Source: an uncultured Chloroflexia bacterium
GTDB lineage: Bacteria > Chloroflexota > Anaerolineae > Anaerolineales > Anaerolineaceae
DNA: 32,000 nucleotides
Reading direction: 5' to 3'
NCBI GenBank assembly: GCA_963704755.1
Contig: OY969938.1
Span: 2,070,001 to 2,102,000 of the forward strand
Shown: positions 17,041 to 23,928 of the stretch, piece by piece
Layout of the letters: each line of letters begins with the position of its first letter
Numbering within the stretch: the first letter of the stretch is position 1
Program-made: the position numbers and the translations under genes
Notes under the pieces: model-generated
The model's database searches: none
Told to the model about the DNA's origin: nothing
What the model saw: only the letters and a program-made list of their open reading frames with translations

Positions 17041-17710
17041 TGTCAAAACTCACCTGGTCTTTTTTAACGATTCGAGCGGGACCGCCAGCGGCAATACCTT
17101 TAGCGGCGGCGCCGACAGTCTGGCTATCAATTTGAACGGCAACGCCCAGGTATCTCTCGAACAGAATACCATTTCAGGGGTTATGGGTGGGATTGTTTAT
17201 TCCGATACATCCTCCGGTAAGGCCGAATCGAATGAAATTAGCTCTTTCTCGAACGTAGGGATTACAGTCAACAGTAATGCTTCACCGGTCTTGGAAGGAA
17301 ATACTATTACCAACACCGCGAATTCCGCCGGAATCGGCATTTCTTATTCCGGAAACGGCGCCGGTGAAGCCCATAACAACACGCTCACCGATTTATACCT
17401 GGGCATCAGCGTCGCCGACCAGGCTGCCCCGCTTCTGGATAGCAACCAGATCTCGTCCTGTCGAAACGGCATCAGCTATAGCGACGAATCCGCCGGCACG
17501 GCCAATGCGAACACGATCCAGGCCGAGCAGACCGGTATCCTGATAAACCAACCGGCCAACCCCATCCTGACCAACAACAACATCGATGTCTTTTTTATGG
17601 CTATCCTGACCGATCCTGAAGATTGGATCAACCATCTCAGCATGACCGGCAATACCGTTCACGATGGCCCGCCCGAAATCACGATTTCCACCTTCACCCC
17701 CAGCCCGTAA
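16994..17710 (+). CDS. parallel beta-helix repeat protein, 3' fragment of the same frameshifted gene
   Basis: GN(T/I)(F/I)xGN-type PbH1 repeats run throughout. This frame is already open and repeat-like from 16901 (PTLYFGFYIYGTSKLTIQNSTIKNTSYGGDVL). The track start at 16994 is only the first TTG. Confidence 0.75.
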   Translation: MESASATVQGNTFQGNVKTHLVFFNDSSGTASGNTFSGGADSLAINLNGNAQVSLEQNTISGVMGGIVYSDTSSGKAESNEISSFSNVGITVNSNASPVLEGNTITNTANSAGIGISYSGNGAGEAHNNTLTDLYLGISVADQAAPLLDSNQISSCRNGISYSDESAGTANANTIQAEQTGILINQPANPILTNNNIDVFFMAILTDPEDWINHLSMTGNTVHDGPPEITISTFTPSP

Positions 17711-17721
17711 AGCGCTGGATC

Positions 17722-17921
17722 GAAGAATTAACCACCGAAGCACAGAGATCACAGAGAAAAGAAAGAGAAGAAATTTGTTGACTACTCAGCTACCGAAAAA
17801 AAAACACCCCTCATTTCTGAACTAGCCTGAGTAGTAACGAAATTTGTGGTTAAAAAAACGATAACCCAAAGCAAATCGGCCCGGTCCCTCGCAGCCCTCG
17901 GCCGAGGCCGCTCTTCAACGC
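17722..17921. repeat. 3'-flank repeat element, copy 1 (CACRGAG 9-mers ... TCGGCCCGGTC ... CGGCCGAGGCCGCTCTTCAACGC), interrupted by a MITE
   Basis: Aligns by eye along its whole length with 29803-29922 once 17778-17846 is removed. Confidence 0.55.
17778..17838. mobile_element. MITE-like element, short copy C (~60 bp) with 8-9 bp target duplication
   Basis: Ends ttgactactcag / ctgagtagtaac are inverted. Direct repeats gaaatttgt flank it at 17770-17778 and 17839-17847. The paralogous site near 29840 is uninterrupted. Confidence 0.5.
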
Positions 17922-18058
17922 TCATCAAACTGTATGTCGCGGGGCAAAAATGACCTGGCCTTGTTTATTGCTCCGCCAATGCTCCAGCCTGCCGGCGCTT
18001 TCTGCCTCCTCTTAACCTCCCCAAAAATCCAAAGTGCAGATTTCAGGGGAGGAATTAA

Positions 18059-18162
18059 GCCTTGTTGCCTCATTGCCTTGTTGCCTCATTGCCTTGTTGC
18101 CTCATTGCCTTGTTGCCTCATTGCCTTGTCGCCTTGTTGCCTCGTCGCCTTGTTGCCTCGTC
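18059..18162. repeat. tandem repeat, 16-bp unit (two GCCTYRTY octamers), about 6.5 copies
   Basis: gccttgttgcctcatt occurs four times perfectly (18059-18122), followed by gccttgtc and gccttgttgcctcgtc twice. It lies immediately 3' of the lipoprotein gene. Confidence 0.85.
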
Positions 18163-18172
18163 CCTTCCCCCT

Positions 18173-18763
18173 CTAATTCGGTACGGCCTTCTGGTCGCCA
18201 ATCACGATCGTATCGAGAATCGTATCTTCTCCCCGGCAAAAGACCCCGGCGGTGTAGCCAAAAGTGTACATTTTTCCGCGGAAGAAGGCAAAAGTGACCG
18301 TTCCATAATCTTTGGAATTACCCAGGCCCAGTTTGGCAGTTAACTCATTCACGCCATATTTCATCTCGGTATTCTTGGATAAAATCGACAAACCCTCGGT
18401 GTTCTGCGCCTGAACATAATTATCCGCGGCTTCATCCAGGGTTTGCGCGGACTGGTCACCGATAATGATGAACGTCTGGTGGCCAACGGTGATCAAATCG
18501 CTGCCGTCCGCCTGGTTCTGCGCTTTAATAGAGCACACGCTGTCGGCCTGGTCATATTCCACTGGGTAGCTAAACCTTAAAGGGTAAGTCGGGTCGGTAT
18601 ACGTTTTAACTGCCTCTGGCGGGGTCGCAGTTGCTGCCTCGGTGGCGGTCGCGCAGCTACTGCCGGCCGGGCAGGCCGTATCCTTCTGCGGGTTGTTGCC
18701 GCCGGTTGCGGTACACGCGCTCAGCACAAACATGCCCAGCATGATCCACACAAACTTTTTCAT
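18173..18763 (-). CDS. lipoprotein (hypothetical)
   Basis: MKKFVWIMLGMFVLSAC carries a lipobox LSAC, and GAAGGAG lies 7 nt upstream. 196 aa. The longer track ORF (to 18985) reads through the DnaA-box array and is rejected. Confidence 0.75.
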   Translation of the reverse strand: MKKFVWIMLGMFVLSACTATGGNNPQKDTACPAGSSCATATEAATATPPEAVKTYTDPTYPLRFSYPVEYDQADSVCSIKAQNQADGSDLITVGHQTFIIIGDQSAQTLDEAADNYVQAQNTEGLSILSKNTEMKYGVNELTAKLGLGNSKDYGTVTFAFFRGKMYTFGYTAGVFCRGEDTILDTIVIGDQKAVPN

Positions 18764-18819
18764 TAAGGCTCCTTCTTTTTCATTCGGGATCGAACGGGAA
18801 ATCGGCGTTTTCCTCATCG

Positions 18820-18905
18820 TTGTCCACAGGGTTTTCACAGTTATCCACAGAATTTTCGTGGTTATCCACAGGGTTATCGATGGACTATCCACAGAATTGT
18901 CCACA
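18820..18905 (+). promoter_or_regulatory. phased array of DnaA boxes
   Basis: ttgtccaca 18820, ttatccaca 18841, ttatccaca 18862, ctatccaca 18885, ttgtccaca 18897. All have the same orientation. Degenerate boxes lie at 18831 and 18873. Confidence 0.6.
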
Positions 18906-19013
18906 TCCATAACGAACAGAATCTTACCCTTACTGCTCCAAATTGCAAAGATAATCACGCGATGTATACAGGGCAATCGCATCATGCCAATTTAGTCCCA
19001 ACAGAGAAATAAT

Positions 19014-19058
19014 TTTGAGTGTTATTGTGGGGCGTAGCCCCACAATAACACTCAAAAA
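19014..19058. repeat. 21-bp perfect hairpin (loop GTA)
   Basis: ttttgagtgttattgtggggc 19014-19034 / gccccacaataacactcaaaa 19038-19058. Confidence 0.6.
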
Positions 19059-19110
19059 ACCATTCTTTGGGGAATTGCCCTCAAAAAGCTGGCAGGCTGC
19101 AATCGCCCTG

Positions 19111-19157
19111 GCTATGTATAAAAAGAGGCGGTGAAACCGCCTCTTTTTATACATAGC
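19111..19157. repeat. 22-bp palindromic hairpin, second member of the GCTATRTATAAAAAGAGGCG family
   Basis: gctatgtataaaaagaggcggt / accgcctctttttatacatagc with loop gaa. Its arms resemble those of 13447-13501. Confidence 0.6.
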
Positions 19158-19167
19158 GAATAAAGAG

Positions 19168-19194
19168 CACAACCCCGGCTGGGCCGGGGTTGTG
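19168..19194 (-). terminator. terminator of the oxidoreductase operon
   Basis: cacaaccccggc / gccggggttgtg, 12-bp stem. The minus strand then reads ctctttatt. It lies 47 nt after the gamma-subunit stop. Confidence 0.55.
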
Positions 19195-19240
19195 ACCATC
19201 TGCTGCTCCCTGAGTAAAACAGCAGGCATTAATCGATTTT

Positions 19241-19786
19241 TCAAACCTTTTCGGCTAAAAAGCGGGCCCCTTCGTGCAGCGCCTGGTAGTTCTTGGGCAG
19301 CAAGCGATGGTGCCGCTCGGGCAGGTGTTCTTTGAGCGCCTTCTCGACTACCTCGATCGGCAGGATCGGCAGGTTGGCCAGGAAAGCTCCCAGCATCACC
19401 ATATTCGTCAGGCGCTTATCGCCGATCGTCTCAGCCAGCTCGTTGCCCGGCACCAGGGCCGTGTGGATGTCCTTACGCTCGACCGCCCGGTCGATGATCG
19501 ACGAATTGACGATCAAATAGCCGCCTTCGCGCACCAGCGGCTCGTATTTGTCCAGCGAAGGCCGGTTGAACGCCAGCACCGCACGCGGATTACGCACCAG
19601 TGGCGCCCCAATCTCCTCATCCGAAATGATGACCGTGCAGTTGGCCGTGCCGCCGCGCATTTCCGGGCCATACGAAGGGATCCAGGTCACTTCCAGGCCA
19701 AAGTCCATGGCCGCATAGGCCAGCACCTGGCCGGCAAACAGTACGCCCTGGCCGCCAAAACCGGCAATGACAATTTCAGTCTGCAT
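19241..19786 (-). CDS. 2-oxoacid:ferredoxin oxidoreductase, gamma subunit
   Basis: 181 aa. [28 protein letters not shown] is typical of the gamma subunit. Confidence 0.9.
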   Translation of the reverse strand: MQTEIVIAGFGGQGVLFAGQVLAYAAMDFGLEVTWIPSYGPEMRGGTANCTVIISDEEIGAPLVRNPRAVLAFNRPSLDKYEPLVREGGYLIVNSSIIDRAVERKDIHTALVPGNELAETIGDKRLTNMVMLGAFLANLPILPIEVVEKALKEHLPERHHRLLPKNYQALHEGARFLAEKV

Positions 19787-19798
19787 CCTCGCCTCCGT

Positions 19799-20572
19799 CT
19801 AAGCCTTGATCTCCGCAACCAGCGGGTGGACGCGATAATCGCCAATCGGATAGTATGGAATCATGTGCTCTTCCAGCCACTTCAGCGAATCCATCGGGCT
19901 CAAACCCCAGTTGGTCGGGCAGGCCGAAAGCAGCTCGACCATCGAGAAGCCCAGGCCGCGCTTTTGCACTTCGAAGGCCATCCGGATGGCTTTCTTGGCC
20001 ATGCGGATATTCTTGGGATCGTGCAAACTGCGCCGGACCACATAGCTGGCCCCTTCCAGGGTGGAAAGCAGCTCTGCCGAGCGGATCGGGTAACCCTGTG
20101 TTTCGACGTCGCGGCCCTTGGGAGAAGAGGTCGTTTTTTGGCCGGGTAAAGTGGTCGGGGCCATCTGGCCGCCGGTCATACCATAGTTGGCGTTGTTGAT
20201 GAAAATCACGGTGATGTTCTCGCCGCGCGCAGCCGCGGCTACGATTTCGCCCATGCCGATCGAGGCCAGGTCGCCATCGCCCTGGTAGGTGAGCACGGTT
20301 TTATCCGGCAGCACCCGCTTGATCCCGGTCGCCATGGCCGGGGCGCGCCCGTGCGGAGCCTGGATAAAATCGAAATTGAAATAGTTATAGGCAAAAACCG
20401 AGCAGCCCACCGAAGCCACACCAATGGTCTCTTCGCGCAGCCCCATTTCGTCGATCACTTCGGCTACCAGGCGGTGGGCCACCCCGTGGGTACAGCCCGG
20501 GCAGTAATGGGTGTTGATATCCACCAGGGTCTCTGGCCGTTGATAAACCACAACTTCTTCAGGAGTCACCAT
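19799..20572 (-). CDS. 2-oxoacid:ferredoxin oxidoreductase, beta (TPP-binding) subunit
   Basis: [20 protein letters not shown] prefer the ATG at 20572 (MVTPEEVV), which lies 12 nt after GAGGAG and downstream of the alpha stop, over the overlapping track start at 20623. Confidence 0.88.
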   Translation of the reverse strand: MVTPEEVVVYQRPETLVDINTHYCPGCTHGVAHRLVAEVIDEMGLREETIGVASVGCSVFAYNYFNFDFIQAPHGRAPAMATGIKRVLPDKTVLTYQGDGDLASIGMGEIVAAAARGENITVIFINNANYGMTGGQMAPTTLPGQKTTSSPKGRDVETQGYPIRSAELLSTLEGASYVVRRSLHDPKNIRMAKKAIRMAFEVQKRGLGFSMVELLSACPTNWGLSPMDSLKWLEEHMIPYYPIGDYRVHPLVAEIKA

Positions 20573-20592
20573 TTGATAATTTGCTCCTCTTG

Positions 20593-21705
20593 TTAGTTCA
20601 GGTTGACCATGCGCGCCAACCAACGGTCGCGCGGATCGCCGCCCGTGGGTAGCGGGCCTTTGGCCATTCGCCGGATCTCATCCAGGATTTCTTCCGCCAC
20701 GGGCATCATACCGCCCATGCGACCGTAGAATTCCGTGGCTGCCCCACCCCTGGCGACTTTACGGATATCGTCCAGCATCTGGCCGCCGTTCATCTCGACC
20801 ACCAGCATGCCATCCACTTTTTCGGAAAGATCCGCCACTGCCTGCTCGGGGAATGGATTGAGCGTGATCGGCCGCAGCAGCCCCACCGGAATACCCTCTG
20901 CCCGCGCAGCCCGTACCGCAGAAAGGGCCACCCGGCCGGCCGAGCCAAAACCGACTACCGCCAGGCGGGCATCTTCCAGGTAATATTCCTTGAAGCGGAT
21001 CTCGTTGGCCTTGACCTCTTGCCAGCGCCGCAGCATGCGCAGGTTGGCCTCTTCTTCTTGGGGCGGGTCCAGGTAAATAGAACTAAGCACCCGCCGTTCG
21101 CGATCCTTCGCCCCGCGCGTGGCCCAATCCGGAAAGACCGTCTTCATCGGCTGCATGGGGGGCATTTCGGCCGGCTCCATCATCTGGCCAATGCTGCCGT
21201 CCAGCAGCACCGACACGATCGCCCGGTATTTTTCGGCCAAATCGAAAGACAATACGGTCAAATCGACCGCTTCCTGCACCGAAGCCGGCGCGAGCACGAT
21301 CAAGTTGTAGTCACCGTGCCCGCCGCCGTGCACAATCTGGTTGTAATCTCCTTGCGATGGGGCGATGTTGCCCAGTCCGGGTCCGCCGCGCATCACATCC
21401 ACCAGCACCATGGGTATCTCGGTGCCGGCCACATACGAAATGCCTTCCATCATCAAGCTGACGCCCGGGCTGGAGGATGAGGACATCACCCTCGCCCCGC
21501 TGCAGGCAGCCCCATAAACCATGTTGATCGCGCCTAATTCGCTCTCAGCCTGGACGAAAACCCGGCCCAACTCGGGCATACGCGCTGCCAGATATTCCAA
21601 CAGCTCGGTCTGCGGCGTAATGGGGTAGCCAAAATACGCCTGTACGCCGGCCCTTACGGCCGCTTCCGCAATTGCATTATTGCCTTTCCAAAGTTCTCTG
21701 GTCAT
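20593..21705 (-). CDS. 2-oxoacid:ferredoxin oxidoreductase, alpha subunit
   Basis: 370 aa. [27 protein letters not shown] is typical of the alpha subunit. Confidence 0.9.
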   Translation of the reverse strand: MTRELWKGNNAIAEAAVRAGVQAYFGYPITPQTELLEYLAARMPELGRVFVQAESELGAINMVYGAACSGARVMSSSSSPGVSLMMEGISYVAGTEIPMVLVDVMRGGPGLGNIAPSQGDYNQIVHGGGHGDYNLIVLAPASVQEAVDLTVLSFDLAEKYRAIVSVLLDGSIGQMMEPAEMPPMQPMKTVFPDWATRGAKDRERRVLSSIYLDPPQEEEANLRMLRRWQEVKANEIRFKEYYLEDARLAVVGFGSAGRVALSAVRAARAEGIPVGLLRPITLNPFPEQAVADLSEKVDGMLVVEMNGGQMLDDIRKVARGGAATEFYGRMGGMMPVAEEILDEIRRMAKGPLPTGGDPRDRWLARMVNLN

Positions 21706-21714
21706 GCCACCCTC

Positions 21715-21957
21715 CTAAACCGCCGCCTGGCGAGCGTGGAGCGCTTCACGGTAAACCGTGATCGCCGCTTCCGGGCAGACGATGGCGCAAATTCCGCAGC
21801 CGGTACAGCCTTCTTGCGCCAAAATGGCCGGGTGGTAACCCTTGCTGGTGATCCGAACCGGATCAAGGGTCATTACATGCTGTGGACAGGCATTGATGCA
21901 CATCTCACAGCCTTTACAAAAGACCTCGTTTACAACGATTCGACCCTTTGGGGGCAT
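21715..21957 (-). CDS. 4Fe-4S ferredoxin-type delta subunit
   Basis: 80 aa with two CxxCxxCxxxCP motifs (CKGCEMCINACP, CTGCGICAIVCP). It is the first gene of the operon. Confidence 0.88.
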   Translation of the reverse strand: MPPKGRIVVNEVFCKGCEMCINACPQHVMTLDPVRITSKGYHPAILAQEGCTGCGICAIVCPEAAITVYREALHARQAAV

Positions 21958-22183
21958 TCGTTATCCTCCTTTTTTAAGGTAACGAGATTAGGATGGGAAA
22001 TGAAGGTCTTGTTTTTGTTTTTCGTCAGGGACAACTCTCGAAAAACAAAAAACGCCTTGATCTCCAGGCGAGGTGGGAATTTGCCTCATTAAATTATCTG
22101 TTCGAACTTCGGAGAGAAACAGTGTCAATGGTCACGCGGAAAGCTATACAAATATCCTCAAAATGGGCCGAATTACGATAAAA

Positions 22184-22282
22184 GTGATTCGGTGATTCAG
22201 TGATTCGGTTTTTCGGTGTCGGGTGTGGATATGTAGCCGTTTTGCAGTGATGCTGTGATTCGGTTCTTCAGTGTGGAGAGGT
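22184..22282. repeat. inverted partial copy of the 76-bp repeat unit
   Basis: The reverse complement reads ..ccacacccgacaccgaaaaaccgaatcactgaatcaccgaatcac, matching the unit at 22555-22630 with deletions. Confidence 0.6.
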
Positions 22283-22444
22283 CAAGCGGCGCAATTCAAT
22301 TTTTTTGAGCCATCATTTGGCCGGGCTTCTCTGGGCGACTAAAGTCACCGCTACGAAAACACGAAACCTCACCTTCGTGAGGTTTATTGGTGGGTGAGGC
22401 GTGGAAAGATTTCCGGTTCGCACCCACCGTTCTACAACCCAACC

Positions 22445-22720
22445 GACACCGAAAAACTGAAAAACTGCAACACCGAATCACCACCACACTCCCACACCTG
22501 ACACCCGACACATGGCACCTGACACCGAAAAACCGAAACACCGAATCACCAAATCACCACCACACTCCCACACCTGACACCCGACACATGACACCTGACA
22601 CCGAAAAACCGAAACACCGAATCACTGAATCACCACCACACTCCCACACCTGACACCCGACACATGACCCCTGACACCGAAAAACCGAAACACCAAATCA
22701 CCAAATCACTACATCACTTC
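22445..22720. repeat. 76-bp tandem repeat array, three full units plus partial units at both ends
   Basis: Units start at 22479, 22555 and 22631 (caccaccacactcccacacctgacacccgacacatg..) and differ at only a few positions. The plus strand is about 80% C+A. Confidence 0.9.
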
Positions 22721-22742
22721 TAACATACTTATTAAATAAATA

Positions 22743-22751
22743 TGGTACAAT
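22743..22751 (+). promoter_or_regulatory. extended -10 element (TGgTACAAT) of moaA
   Basis: It ends 14 nt before the ATG at 22766, with no SD in between. This implies a very short leader. Confidence 0.3.
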
Positions 22752-22765
22752 TTATCTAATTTACT

Positions 22766-23746
22766 ATGGCTATCGATCAATTCGGACGAAACATACACTA
22801 TTTACGGGTCAGCCTCACCGACCATTGCAATTTGCGCTGCGTATACTGCATGCCGGAGGATATGACCTTCCGGCCCAACGCAGAAATGATGCAGGACGAT
22901 GAGCTGCTTTTGCTTATCCGCCTGTTCGCCAGCCTGGGTTTCGACAAGATCCGCCTGACCGGCGGCGAACCCACCGTGCGAGCCCGTATCGTCGACCTGG
23001 TGGACGCCATTGCGCACACTCCCGGCATCCAGTCGACCTCCATGACCACCAACGGCGTGCTGTTGGGCCGCCTGGCCCAACCCCTCAAAGAAGCCGGCTT
23101 GCAGCGCGTCAACGTCAGCCTGGACACGCTCGACCCGCAGCGCTTCAAGGCCATCACTCGCTGGGGCTCGTTCGATAGCGTCTGGAACGGCATCCTGGCC
23201 GCCGAACAAGCCGGGCTGACCCCCATCAAGCTCAACGCGGTGGTCGTGCGCGGCTTCAACGAACAGGACGTCATCGACCTGGCCCAATTGACCTGTACGC
23301 ACCCCTGGCAGGTGCGTTTTATCGAAATGATGCCCTTTGGCGGCGCCACCGACCTGCAGCGCCAGCAGGTCGTCACCTCACAAGAGATGATGGTTCGTAT
23401 CCAGGCCCAATGCGGCCCACTCGAACCCGCTCACGGCGGCCAACTGGATGGCGAAGCGCGTATTTTCCGCCTGCCGGACGCGGTCGGTGAGTTGGGCTTC
23501 ATTTCCTCGGTCTCGCAGCCTTTCTGCGCGGCCTGTACGCGTGCCCGCCTGACGGCCGACGGCAAGCTGCGCCTGTGCCTGCTGCGCGACAAAGAGGTCG
23601 ACCTGCTCACCCCGCTGCGCCAGGGTGCCTCGCTGTTCGAGCTGCGTAACCTGGTCCTGAACGGCATCTGGCAAAAACCCTGGGGCCACGACCTCGCCAA
23701 GGGCGACTTTGCCACCAACCGGGTGATGAGCGAAATCGGCGGTTGA
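22766..23746 (+). CDS. moaA: GTP 3',8-cyclase (molybdenum cofactor biosynthesis protein A)
   Basis: 326 aa. Radical-SAM CNLRCVYC, C-terminal cluster CAACTRARLTADGKLRLC and a GG tail. Confidence 0.95.
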   Translation: MAIDQFGRNIHYLRVSLTDHCNLRCVYCMPEDMTFRPNAEMMQDDELLLLIRLFASLGFDKIRLTGGEPTVRARIVDLVDAIAHTPGIQSTSMTTNGVLLGRLAQPLKEAGLQRVNVSLDTLDPQRFKAITRWGSFDSVWNGILAAEQAGLTPIKLNAVVVRGFNEQDVIDLAQLTCTHPWQVRFIEMMPFGGATDLQRQQVVTSQEMMVRIQAQCGPLEPAHGGQLDGEARIFRLPDAVGELGFISSVSQPFCAACTRARLTADGKLRLCLLRDKEVDLLTPLRQGASLFELRNLVLNGIWQKPWGHDLAKGDFATNRVMSEIGG

Positions 23747-23781
23747 AAATCCAGGGGATCTGATCGCGCTATAATAAAAAG

Positions 23782-23892
23782 GGAAACTCTTCAGCCCAAC
23801 CGATAGAAACCCGAATTTGATAGGTTTGCCTGGGGTTTGCTCACGCAACCCTATCAAATTCGGAAACTTCTTGCGTAAGCCCGGGCAGTAAC
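23782..23892. mobile_element. MITE-like element, copy B (diverged, no clear target duplication)
   Basis: Collinear with copy A: ggaaactcttcagccc..gaaacccgaatttgatagg..ccctatcaaattcggaaacttc..taagcccgggcagtaac. Hairpin at 23811-23863. Confidence 0.45.
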
Positions 23893-23928
23893 GAAAACGG
23901 TATCCCTTTGCGATAAAGAAGGTGGATT

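Noticed and set aside
17934-18343. Three overlapping plus-strand ORFs (Leu/Cys/Pro-rich)
   Set aside because: They are artefacts of translating the 16-bp tandem repeat and then run antisense into the lipoprotein gene.
18764-18985. 74-codon N-terminal extension of the lipoprotein ORF (..WITTKILWITVKTLW..)
   Set aside because: The extension is simply the translation of the DnaA-box repeats. A lipobox signal peptide with a good SD starts at 18763.
19274-20149. 291-aa ORF on the plus strand
   Set aside because: It is antisense to the gamma and beta oxidoreductase subunits. Its composition is Arg/Gln/His-rich and does not look like a real protein.
20573-20623. Longer start for the oxidoreductase beta subunit, overlapping the alpha subunit
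   Set aside because: The ATG at 20572 follows GAGGAG and lies after the alpha stop. The 17 extra residues have no counterpart in beta subunits as far as I can judge.
22296-22653. ORFs of 81 aa (minus) and 88 aa (plus) in the repeat region
   Set aside because: Both are translations of the C/A-rich repeat units (HHTPTPDT.. and FRFFGVRCHVSGVRC..) and have no start-site signals.
22445-22720. Possible CRISPR array
   Set aside because: The entire 76-bp period is repeated almost identically, so there are no unique spacers. No cas genes are nearby.
22721-22765. Moco riboswitch upstream of moaA
   Set aside because: Only about 45 nt of AT-rich DNA separate the repeat array from the ATG. That is too short for the ~130-nt Moco motif, and the repeat units do not resemble it.
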